Virus record (IMG/VR): IMGVR_UViG_3300035188_001352
Span: 62,001 to 118,937 of that record
Direction: 5' to 3' (one strand)
Length of the DNA stretch: 56,937 nt
DNA from: an uncultured virus (IMG/VR IMGVR_UViG_3300035188_001352)
Taxonomy: Duplodnaviria; Heunggongvirae; Uroviricota; Caudoviricetes
Shown: piece by piece, positions 48,825-56,937 of the stretch
Numbering within the stretch: position 1 is the first letter of the stretch
How the letters are laid out: every line of letters starts with the position of its first letter
Translations under genes and position numbers: made by a program
The notes under the pieces: generated by a model
Told to the model about the DNA's origin: nothing
Seen by the model: only the letters and a program-made list of their open reading frames with translations
Databases searched by the model: none

Positions 48825-51800
48825 TTAGTTGATATATTCATAACGACCACCTCTGCCAAATAATGATGAATGACCTGGAATTGGTTTGAGACTTTTTGCA
48901 TTCTTATAAGCTTCATCACTTGCTGTCACTAATGCGGCAAGCATATCAAGCTGGTCTTGTTCTATATTTAGTGACTTAGTTTGTGTGTCATTCAAAGTTG
49001 TTAGATAATTACCAAGTTTAGCGATAGTATCTTTTGACAGCCTAATAACTGGAGCATCAGCTTCGTTTGAACTACTTGAACTTGATGTTCCAGCAGTTGA
49101 ACCACCTATTGGGGTTACTCTAGAAGCTGTTGACGCAGATGGTTGTGGACTATAGATTGATGGGGGATTCGTTCCTACCGGATATGAACTTGATATACCA
49201 GATGTTGGAGACGCATCACTTGAACCTTCTCCTCCTCCCGATGCACCATATAAACCAACACCTGCGCCAATCACTCCACCTGCTAAACCGACTAACGGGT
49301 TACCAGATAGCATTCCCAATGATGCACCGGACATCGCGCCTGATGCCATTGCAGCCAATTTTCCGCCAGTTGATACTTCGCCAGTTTCCGGGTTAGTTTG
49401 ATTGTCAATAATAGCATTAGCCGCTAAACCTGAAGCTAATGCACCAACTCCAAAACCTGTTGGCTTCAACGCCCCAGCTAATCGGCTAACATTTCCAGCT
49501 CTTGGTCTTGCAGGTGTCGTTCTATTTCTAACCCCACCTCGTCTTCTTCTTTGACTTTCTTCTCTTCTACGTCGTTCAGCTCTTTCTTGTGCGGTTCCAC
49601 CACTACTATCATCACCTGTCGATGATGACATACTACCAGTGTTCTTGTCAATATTGAACAACGAATTTTTCATGCTTCTGAAAGTTTCAATAACTGAACC
49701 TCCGGCTCTAAAAAGCAGAAGCAAGCCACCAGCAGCAAGAGCAATTCCACCAATAGCTTTTACAATCGGGTCAGTGATAACAGTCTCAATACTATGTCCA
49801 ATGTCAATCAATGTTGCTGCCCAAGGCGGTATCTTGATATCTCCATCAACGGTTTGACGACCAAAAGCTTTCTCAGCAAACTTGCCTAAAGCATCGGTTG
49901 TTTTAGAAGCTTCTCGTCCTTGTTCCATCATAGCAAGTAACGGTCCTGATAAACCACCAACTAAAGACTGGATAATGTTCTCATCGCCATAACTTCCGCG
50001 TCTTCTAACATCAGCGCGTTTTTGCATTTCAACCGCAGCTTCCATTAGTTCTTTCTTCTCATCAGCTGTAGCTCTATCACCTTTACGAACTATTTGACCA
50101 AGTTGAGCTGCATTCTTCATTCCAAGAACACCTGCTAATTGTTGGAACTTTGCTGCTTGGGTAAATCTGTCTGCTAACTTTTCTTTGCCTAAATCCTGAA
50201 TAGAGATAAGTGCTTTATTAGCGGATTGAGCTGAAAGTCCTAACTTGACGAAGTCTTCACGTAATTTGAACATCGCATTCATTCTTACTTCTCGCTCGTC
50301 TCGACCTATACCATTCAATTGCTCTTGAACAGATTGAGCGTCAAAAAGCTCATCATTAAGAGCTTTGAACTCTGAAGCTGAAGCACCTGTCAATACTTTC
50401 AATCGGCCATATGCTTCCGTTTGAGTCTTCATAGCCTTTCTTACTTTATCATTACTTGTGATGTCAATACCTGCTTTAGTTGCATTCTTTGCAAAATCAA
50501 CCGCAGTCTTAGCAGCATCTTCATTACCCATGCCTAACAAAATCAAACTCTTTTGACCTTCATCTAAGGCATCTGCAAAATCACCAACATTATCACCAAC
50601 GCTATAAGCCATTCTTCGGTTCTCTTGGAAGATTTTAGCAGTTTCTTCAAAACTAATACCTAACTGAACTTGTGCTTCTTTGAGTCTTGCAAAACTTCCT
50701 AAGTAATCATTTGCGCCAAGCATACCAATATCAGCAGCTTTAGTAAACTGGTCATAGACTTTGACAATGCTATCGCCAAGCATCATAACACCTAAAGCAA
50801 ATAACCCAAATGGGCCTTTGCCTCCAAATAATGCGCTAGCGTATTTTCCAAACTTATCATGGAACGATTGTGTCATTTTAGCAATAGTCATATGCTTGAC
50901 TGCAATCTCTTGCATTTTTATCATATCAGCTTTGATTTGATTTGTATGATTTCGAATAGCCTGAACATTTTGAACTCGTCCATGTTCATCCATCATATTA
51001 GTTTTTCTTGCAATTTCCAGAATCTCTCGTTGATGGTCTGTTAAATTACCAGTAGCTTGTTCAAGCTCGTATAGACTTTCAATGTATTCCGATGTTTGAT
51101 TTCCGTGCTCTTTCAGTAATGCTTCAAATACTTTACCATCTTTATTCAGTTCATCAATTGCTTCAGACAAATCTTGAACCGAAGACAACTCTCGACCTAA
51201 ATTAGTAAAGCTTGATAGTGTATCACTTGCATCAAGTAGCTTAGTAATATACTTATCATATGCCGCATTTTGAAGACTTGAACCTTCGACCATTCCAGCT
51301 AACATTGAAGACTGAGCGGAAATGGATTTGTTCATGCTCAAGTTATAGTCTTCAAAAGCATTCCAGTTTGCACGAACAGGTTCGGTCAAACTTGATAAAG
51401 CTCGACCTAATCTTCTCGAACTATTTTGGATAATTTCTGATTGTTCTATTTCCCCACGTCTAGCTTCAAGAATGATTTCACGTGCTATTTGAGCTTCTTC
51501 GCGTTGGTCAGCAAGAAGTTGTCTTCTATCATCTGATAACCTTTCTTCATGTCCTTCAACGCTATTCTTTAAGTCTTCAATAGAGTTTATCAAACTATCA
51601 AGAGTTTGTTCTAACTCTTGTGTAGTGCGGTTCTGTAGGGCTTCACGACGTCGTTGAGCAGCATCACTTTGAGTATTACTTCCGCTATCGTTAGTCCCAC
51701 TTCCTGCTCCTCGTCGGTCACTTCCTCTATCACCACCCGAACCAACTGAAGCACTACCATTACTAAGTGCTCTTTCTATCTTTAGAAGAATTTGGTATGT

Positions 51801-51839
51801 TTCTTCTCGTAATTGTGCTTCAGAAACTGCTCTTGCCAT
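48825..51839 (-). CDS. Tape-measure-like protein
   Basis: 1004-aa helical Ala/Gly-rich protein with hydrophobic segments, next to baseplate hub genes. Confidence 0.6.
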   Translation of the reverse strand: MARAVSEAQLREETYQILLKIERALSNGSASVGSGGDRGSDRRGAGSGTNDSGSNTQSDAAQRRREALQNRTTQELEQTLDSLINSIEDLKNSVEGHEERLSDDRRQLLADQREEAQIAREIILEARRGEIEQSEIIQNSSRRLGRALSSLTEPVRANWNAFEDYNLSMNKSISAQSSMLAGMVEGSSLQNAAYDKYITKLLDASDTLSSFTNLGRELSSVQDLSEAIDELNKDGKVFEALLKEHGNQTSEYIESLYELEQATGNLTDHQREILEIARKTNMMDEHGRVQNVQAIRNHTNQIKADMIKMQEIAVKHMTIAKMTQSFHDKFGKYASALFGGKGPFGLFALGVMMLGDSIVKVYDQFTKAADIGMLGANDYLGSFARLKEAQVQLGISFEETAKIFQENRRMAYSVGDNVGDFADALDEGQKSLILLGMGNEDAAKTAVDFAKNATKAGIDITSNDKVRKAMKTQTEAYGRLKVLTGASASEFKALNDELFDAQSVQEQLNGIGRDEREVRMNAMFKLREDFVKLGLSAQSANKALISIQDLGKEKLADRFTQAAKFQQLAGVLGMKNAAQLGQIVRKGDRATADEKKELMEAAVEMQKRADVRRRGSYGDENIIQSLVGGLSGPLLAMMEQGREASKTTDALGKFAEKAFGRQTVDGDIKIPPWAATLIDIGHSIETVITDPIVKAIGGIALAAGGLLLLFRAGGSVIETFRSMKNSLFNIDKNTGSMSSSTGDDSSGGTAQERAERRRREESQRRRRGGVRNRTTPARPRAGNVSRLAGALKPTGFGVGALASGLAANAIIDNQTNPETGEVSTGGKLAAMASGAMSGASLGMLSGNPLVGLAGGVIGAGVGLYGASGGGEGSSDASPTSGISSSYPVGTNPPSIYSPQPSASTASRVTPIGGSTAGTSSSSSSNEADAPVIRLSKDTIAKLGNYLTTLNDTQTKSLNIEQDQLDMLAALVTASDEAYKNAKSLKPIPGHSSLFGRGGRYEYIN

Positions 51840-51961
51840 AATTTGTATTTCTCTCTCTTGCTTTGCAGTGATGTTGGGTATATGGTGGGTATTTACAAAG
51901 TATAAATAGTTTTAGTATTTATTGTATAATCATAACTCTATATTATAAGGTTTCTTACATC

Positions 51962-52747
51962 ATGTTAAATGAACACAATCCACTTCTCGCTAAATTAAAA
52001 CTTCCAGGCCGAGTTCTTCAATTACCTTCTAGAGGTCTTCTATATTCGAACGGGGAATTAGATAGTAGTATTACTGCTGGAGAATTACATATTCAGCCAA
52101 TGAATGCATTTGATGAAGTAGTTCTCAAGAATCCTGATATGTTATTTACCGGTAAAGCATTAGACCCAGTATTCTCAAATTGTATTCAAGGAATTATAAA
52201 ACCAACTGAACTATTTGGTAAAGATGTTGATGCTATTATGCTATTCTTGAGATTAGTGACTTATGGACCAAGTTATGAAATTACTGCCAATCATCGTTGC
52301 GAAAACGGAAGACAACATACATATACTATTGATTTAGAACAAGTATTATCAACAATAAAGTATCTTGACTCAACTATTCTAGAAAATCAGTTTGTGGTTA
52401 GATTAGAAAATGGACAAATAGTAAAACTTCAACCTGCTAGATATGACAAAATTATTGAAGTGTTACAAGCAAACGAAGGCAAAGAAAAACTCTCAGTTGA
52501 GGATATTCAAAACAATATCTTTATGAACCTAATGAGTGTTATTCAGAGTATTGACGGAATTGAAGATAGAAATTTGATTAGCGAATGGATTAGATCTGCT
52601 GGAGCAAATCATATTGACCGAATAGCAGGATATCTTGATGATATCAATAATTGGGGATTAGATTTGACATCTACTTTAGTATGTCGTGATTGTGGTGAAA
52701 AATTTGATGTTGAACTTCCATTGAACCCTATAAGTTTTTTCTCCTAA
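51962..52747 (+). CDS. Baseplate hub subunit (gp26-like)
   Basis: LPSRG-x-x-Y, PM-x-x-x-DE-x-x-LKNPD, DVDAI-x-x-x-LR-x-x-TYG, terminal CxxC..NPISFF; late promoter at 51901. Confidence 0.8.
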   Translation: MLNEHNPLLAKLKLPGRVLQLPSRGLLYSNGELDSSITAGELHIQPMNAFDEVVLKNPDMLFTGKALDPVFSNCIQGIIKPTELFGKDVDAIMLFLRLVTYGPSYEITANHRCENGRQHTYTIDLEQVLSTIKYLDSTILENQFVVRLENGQIVKLQPARYDKIIEVLQANEGKEKLSVEDIQNNIFMNLMSVIQSIDGIEDRNLISEWIRSAGANHIDRIAGYLDDINNWGLDLTSTLVCRDCGEKFDVELPLNPISFFS

Positions 52748-52971
52748 TGCTCCGTTCAGGTGAATTAGCACGAATTCAAGCACTAATTGACCAGCTCGGA
52801 GCAGAGATAAAATCAATCATTCAAAGTTGTTTAGAACTATCTTGGTATTCTCGTGGTGCATGGGATTATCATACAACTTTGCAAATGACAGCGGGTGAAC
52901 GTGACATTGCTTCCGACTTTATCAATAAAAGATTAGAGCAGGAAGCTAAGAAACACAACCCTGTGTATTAG
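52747..52971 (+). CDS. Baseplate hub assembly protein (gp51-like)
   Basis: WYSRG..Y..MT-x-x-ER motif, directly after the gp26-like gene. Confidence 0.65.
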   Translation: MLRSGELARIQALIDQLGAEIKSIIQSCLELSWYSRGAWDYHTTLQMTAGERDIASDFINKRLEQEAKKHNPVY

Positions 52972-53291
52972 CGATTAGGAGTGTTTTTGAAAGAACGTTT
53001 TAACGAACGGTAAGTGCCGCGAACTGAAGCAGGTTCGTTGGTCATTTGCCCATAAGCAACAAACGTTGCATTGTATTTTGGACGACCTGTTTCGCTATCA
53101 ACAATTGGACCACCATCAATATCTTTCAATAGTTCAAAGTGATACTTGCGACGGCTTTCGTTTTCAACCAATTGTCTGTCTAAGACAATGCCACTAGAAG
53201 CAGCCATAACACGAGCAGCTTTTCTTAATGCTTTTGCAGTTTTTAAGTTCATATGGGTATTTCCTAAAAGTATTATTGAAGTTATATTATA

Positions 53292-53831
53292 TCACAATAT
53301 CCAAAAAGAGTTATGTTTTAGAAGCTCTAACAAATGACAGACTTTATCGCCAGATGGTAAAGTCATATGTTTGCATGGGAGTTCAATGTGAGGTCTTACT
53401 GCGGCATAGTAAGGGGTGTTGTTCCATTTCATAATCACAATTCCTTCTTTATTGACCTTGACTTTATCAACATCAACTTCATCAAGCCAACCATACACAC
53501 TATGCTTTCCGACAAAGAGGGACTCAAAGCTATCAGGAGTTTTGTATGCTTTAGTCTCAATCACAAATCGAAACTTTACTCCTGCTTCTTCTTCATTACT
53601 TGGCACTACATCACCAACATAATGTTCAAGTGTTTGCTTAGAGAACATATGTCCTCTAAACCCAAAGTTCTTTCCGCCAGTAATTGCACCAGATTGTTGT
53701 GTTCTTACGAATTTAAGGGGTGCCAAATGTTCTGCTAAAAGTTTTGAGAGCTTCAGTTCATTTGAAGAACCTTTACTTTTGGAATTTATTCGCTTCTTCT
53801 TTATAGGTATTGTTATAGTTTCTGTTTGCAT
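53292..53831 (-). CDS. Holliday junction resolvase (Hjc-like PD-(D/E)XK)
   Basis: NSKSKGSSNE, RTQQSGA, GD, IETKAY. Confidence 0.75.
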   Translation of the reverse strand: MQTETITIPIKKKRINSKSKGSSNELKLSKLLAEHLAPLKFVRTQQSGAITGGKNFGFRGHMFSKQTLEHYVGDVVPSNEEEAGVKFRFVIETKAYKTPDSFESLFVGKHSVYGWLDEVDVDKVKVNKEGIVIMKWNNTPYYAAVRPHIELPCKHMTLPSGDKVCHLLELLKHNSFWIL

Positions 53832-53832
53832 A

Positions 53833-54429
53833 TTAGTCCGCTAATCGATAGTTTTGTTCAAAATGAGTCTTATCAAGTTGGATTAGAGTTGAAGCATCAT
53901 CGGTTGGATAGCCGAGATAGTCACCGAACTTTACGTGAATGGTATGTCCATGTTCATCTTGCAGTCTAAGAGGTTCATGTTCGTTATATTGAAATGCTAA
54001 GATTTGCCCTTTTGAACGATATGATGTATAGCCTTCTGCATCTGGTTTGCTATCGCTTTTTTCGATTTCGTATTCAACTTCAAACTCGTGTTTTGGAACA
54101 ACTTTCATTGCATTTGGATTTTCGCTATCACGAACAACTAAGTCACCTTCTTTTGTCACAATGTTCTTTGACGGAACACCAGGAAAGTTTTGATGGATTT
54201 CTTCTCCAACATTTGCTTCCTTAGCTTGTAAAGTTTCATTCTTTACATAAGGTTGAAGACTGCCATTACCATCAGCTTCTTTGAACATATCTTGAAGATG
54301 GTCTTTCATGCTTTTATGTTCATCTTTAGGTGCATCCTCTTTATCCCCACCTTCTTGCTGTTGTTCTTGTTCGCCTTCTTCAGTTAGTGATTGACGGCGA
54401 AGTTCTAATAGTTCTTGTAATATGCTCAT
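53833..54429 (-). CDS. Hypothetical protein (PGDYG-like domain) with putative capsid-targeting N-terminus
   Basis: Start MSILQELLEL..LTE; EGDLVV and FGDYLG..F-x-x-x-Y repeats. Confidence 0.5.
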   Translation of the reverse strand: MSILQELLELRRQSLTEEGEQEQQQEGGDKEDAPKDEHKSMKDHLQDMFKEADGNGSLQPYVKNETLQAKEANVGEEIHQNFPGVPSKNIVTKEGDLVVRDSENPNAMKVVPKHEFEVEYEIEKSDSKPDAEGYTSYRSKGQILAFQYNEHEPLRLQDEHGHTIHVKFGDYLGYPTDDASTLIQLDKTHFEQNYRLAD

Positions 54430-54466
54430 GTAAAGTAATCCTGTACGTATTCGTGGAAAGTTATTA

Positions 54467-56218
54467 CTATTTACACTCTTCGCTTTGCAAACTAACGGTA
54501 CTAAAGCCATTCTCCTTTATGACCAACATCTTTCTATCAAACTTATCTTCTACACCTTCACGATGCATAATGACCCAGGTTGATAGTTCATCTTCTTTTG
54601 TCTTTTGGTTTAGTAAAGCAACAACACTTTCAACCCCGGATGCACATAACGAAGCATCAATTTCATCGACAAACAGTAAGTTATCTTTTGCATGTAAATG
54701 ATGTAAGACATCTCTAAAAGCTAATGACATTGCAAGATTGACACGTTTCTTTTCGCCAGCGGATAAGTTACCAAAATCAAGTTCTCGTCCATACTGAGAC
54801 ACCATACAAGTCATATCATCTTTGAACTGTATGACATGTGGTAATCCTAATTGCTTAGCATAAGTATTCATTCTAAGATTTAGAAACGGGATAGTTCGAC
54901 TGATAATGCGACGTCTTAAGAAGCTATTCTTATCAGTCAAAAGTTTCAAAAGAAACTGTTGGTGTTCAATGGTGCTTTTCAATTCATCTAGTTTCTCATA
55001 GCTAATAGAACTTTCATTTACTTCTGACTCCATTTGTTCATATGTTTCAAAGTATGGATTTTCTGCTAGTTCGAGTTCGCGTAATTGAACTTGTAAGGTA
55101 TTCATGTTTGCTAATGTATCAAGTAACACTGGAAGATTATCATATGTCATACTTTCGTTGACTTCTTTCAATTCAGCTTGGATGTTAGTTAGCTTAGTCG
55201 TTTCTGTCGCTAGTTTTTCTTCATGCTCTTCTAAAGAAGCAACAAGAGCTAACAGCTTCTCTTCAATGTCATGTAGCTTAGAAGCTGCATCTGCCATGTT
55301 CTGTAAGCAATACGGACACTTGTCATCTTCCAAATGCTGTTGCTGTTTTAGGAGTGTTGCAATATCTTTATCAAGTCGTTCTTTAGCTCGTGTTAGCGAT
55401 GCCTTAGTTGAAGAGGTTCGTTGTTGTTCTTCTGACAACTTTGTCTTACGTTCAAATAGTTCTCGTTCATTAGTAAAGTCAATGCCTTCTACTGAAGCTA
55501 ATTGCTTGCGATAACTTATTAGCTTAGCTTCTTTCTGTTCTTCCCAACTAATGACCTTTTGTTCAAACTCTGCTAAACGTTTCTGCTTCAGCTTTGACGA
55601 AGTTTCTCGTTCTTTCAATAAGGCTTCTTCTACCTTTGCATCACTTTCACTAGTTTGAATAACCTTCTTCAGCTTTTGAGCTTTTTCGCTTAAGACTGTA
55701 ATGTTGAATAGTTCTTCAATATGAGCTCGTTGCAAACTAACCGGTAAATCAAGGAATGGCGTAGTATTACCAGCAAAGACAATTACTCTAGTAAAAAGTT
55801 CATAACTTCTACCATAGATACGTTCTATCAATGCATCAGTTTCGTTAATACTATCTGGAGTAATATCAATTCCATTTTCTTCTAAAGTTACACCGTGAGA
55901 TTCACCTCGCTTACGTTTGATTTCATATATGTCAGAACCTTTAGAAAAAAGATACTCAACTTCCATCAAAGTATTCTTTGCCGCATTAGTGATATTGATT
56001 AGTCGAGGTAAGGTGATATTATCAAAAGCTCGATTATAGACGGCATATACAATAGCATTTAGAATTGAAGTTTTACCAGCACCATTTCTAGTATTAGTAT
56101 CTATGTTTTCTCCGTAAATGAAAGTAGAAGTAGAGTCTTCAAAATTGATTTCAGTCCATTGGTTACCAAATGACATGAAGTTTCTAAAACGTAATCTTAT
56201 TGCTTTTAATCTTTGCAT
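54467..56218 (-). CDS. Recombination endonuclease subunit, SbcC/Rad50-like (gp46)
   Basis: Walker A NGAGKTS, CPYC zinc hook, LSAGEKKR signature, LFVDE Walker B. Confidence 0.95.
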   Translation of the reverse strand: MQRLKAIRLRFRNFMSFGNQWTEINFEDSTSTFIYGENIDTNTRNGAGKTSILNAIVYAVYNRAFDNITLPRLINITNAAKNTLMEVEYLFSKGSDIYEIKRKRGESHGVTLEENGIDITPDSINETDALIERIYGRSYELFTRVIVFAGNTTPFLDLPVSLQRAHIEELFNITVLSEKAQKLKKVIQTSESDAKVEEALLKERETSSKLKQKRLAEFEQKVISWEEQKEAKLISYRKQLASVEGIDFTNERELFERKTKLSEEQQRTSSTKASLTRAKERLDKDIATLLKQQQHLEDDKCPYCLQNMADAASKLHDIEEKLLALVASLEEHEEKLATETTKLTNIQAELKEVNESMTYDNLPVLLDTLANMNTLQVQLRELELAENPYFETYEQMESEVNESSISYEKLDELKSTIEHQQFLLKLLTDKNSFLRRRIISRTIPFLNLRMNTYAKQLGLPHVIQFKDDMTCMVSQYGRELDFGNLSAGEKKRVNLAMSLAFRDVLHHLHAKDNLLFVDEIDASLCASGVESVVALLNQKTKEDELSTWVIMHREGVEDKFDRKMLVIKENGFSTVSLQSEECK

Positions 56219-56222
56219 AATT

Positions 56223-56937
56223 CTATAATAGTTTGTAGATTGATACTAATGTGGTAGGGTTAATAGTTGATGTTGCTTGAACCCCAGTTTCAATAAGTTT
56301 CATAACAGTTTCATCTAAAGAACTTAAGTCTAATTCTTCAAGCTCAGCAATACTTTCTTCAAGAGCCGCTTGTTGTTCTTTGACATTTTCTTCAAGTATT
56401 AACTCACGTAAGTCGTATAACTCCATAAACTCTTGCTTTAGTGCTTGAGCTTCAGAGTAAGTTACTTCCACATCTAATAAACATCTAACTCGTGCTTTAT
56501 TCTTAGGTTTTACTAATTCATCAAGTAACGAGCTTAACTCAGTTTTTAGATAAGTTGGACCTGCTTCATAATCAATAAAAGATACTTCAGCTGTACTAAC
56601 ATTTAAGATACAACAACCTCGTTCATAATCGCCAGCATCTGCATATGAAGTGCCGAACGGATTACCTATGTAGATAACATTATCAGTTGCTTGTCTTTTA
56701 TGATAATGACCAGAGAAGATATGAGTTGGACCATCAAATAATTTATGATGATATCCATGTTCGGCTCTTGCATTAGTACCAGTCAAATAAAAGTTTCTAA
56801 ACTCAAAATGACCAAAGACATATTTAGATTTATTAACTTGTGGTGCAACTAATGGATATTCATCTTTGAAAAGATAAGGCAATAATAACATATCATTAAG
56901 TTTAGCCGGAGCATCGATAATATGAACATTGTTCAAT
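56223..56937 (-). CDS. Recombination endonuclease subunit, SbcD/Mre11-like (gp47), 5'-truncated by window edge
   Basis: FGHFE, FSGHYHKRQ, YIGNPF. Confidence 0.92.
   Translation of the reverse strand, partial: LNNVHIIDAPAKLNDMLLLPYLFKDEYPLVAPQVNKSKYVFGHFEFRNFYLTGTNARAEHGYHHKLFDGPTHIFSGHYHKRQATDNVIYIGNPFGTSYADAGDYERGCCILNVSTAEVSFIDYEAGPTYLKTELSSLLDELVKPKNKARVRCLLDVEVTYSEAQALKQEFMELYDLRELILEENVKEQQAALEESIAELEELDLSSLDETVMKLIETGVQATSTINPTTLVSIYKLL

Noticed and set aside
1..56937. Stop-codon reassignment
   Set aside because: Core genes are full length in the standard code, all three stops are used, and no CTA/TCA/TTA suppressor anticodon was seen.

Overview
Segment of an AT-rich, T4-related jumbo myophage genome using the standard code. 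The host is probably a Gram-negative Proteobacterium, judged from lipoproteins, panD, bfd, IHF-consensus sites and sigma70-type early promoters. The right ~17 kb (40-57 kb) is core: major capsid, scaffold, prohead protease, portal, tape-measure-like, baseplate hub, Holliday junction resolvase and gp46/gp47. It also carries free-standing homing endonucleases and a set of putative capsid-targeted internal proteins. The left ~40 kb is accessory: many small minus-strand ORFs behind a repeated early promoter (TTTAC-~17-TATAAT), interleaved with about 16 tRNA genes and many non-canonical RNAs. Highlights read from the sequence: (1) a family of Y-RNA/YrlA-like RNAs, one apparently circularly permuted; (2) two endonuclease cassettes, each with a broken tRNA half on one side and an intact tRNA on the other; (3) a leader-peptide attenuator ahead of the tRNA array, with a leader rich in the amino acids of the downstream tRNAs; (4) a tRNA-Pro with a 28-nt anticodon-masking insert and a tRNA-like RNA with two T-loops; (5) a three-gene secreted pilin/chaperone/pore-like operon behind a late promoter; (6) a protein carrying a Gol-peptide-like capsid segment; (7) a 16-bp palindrome phased upstream of early promoters. 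Protein calls rest on motif recognition only; no searches were run.
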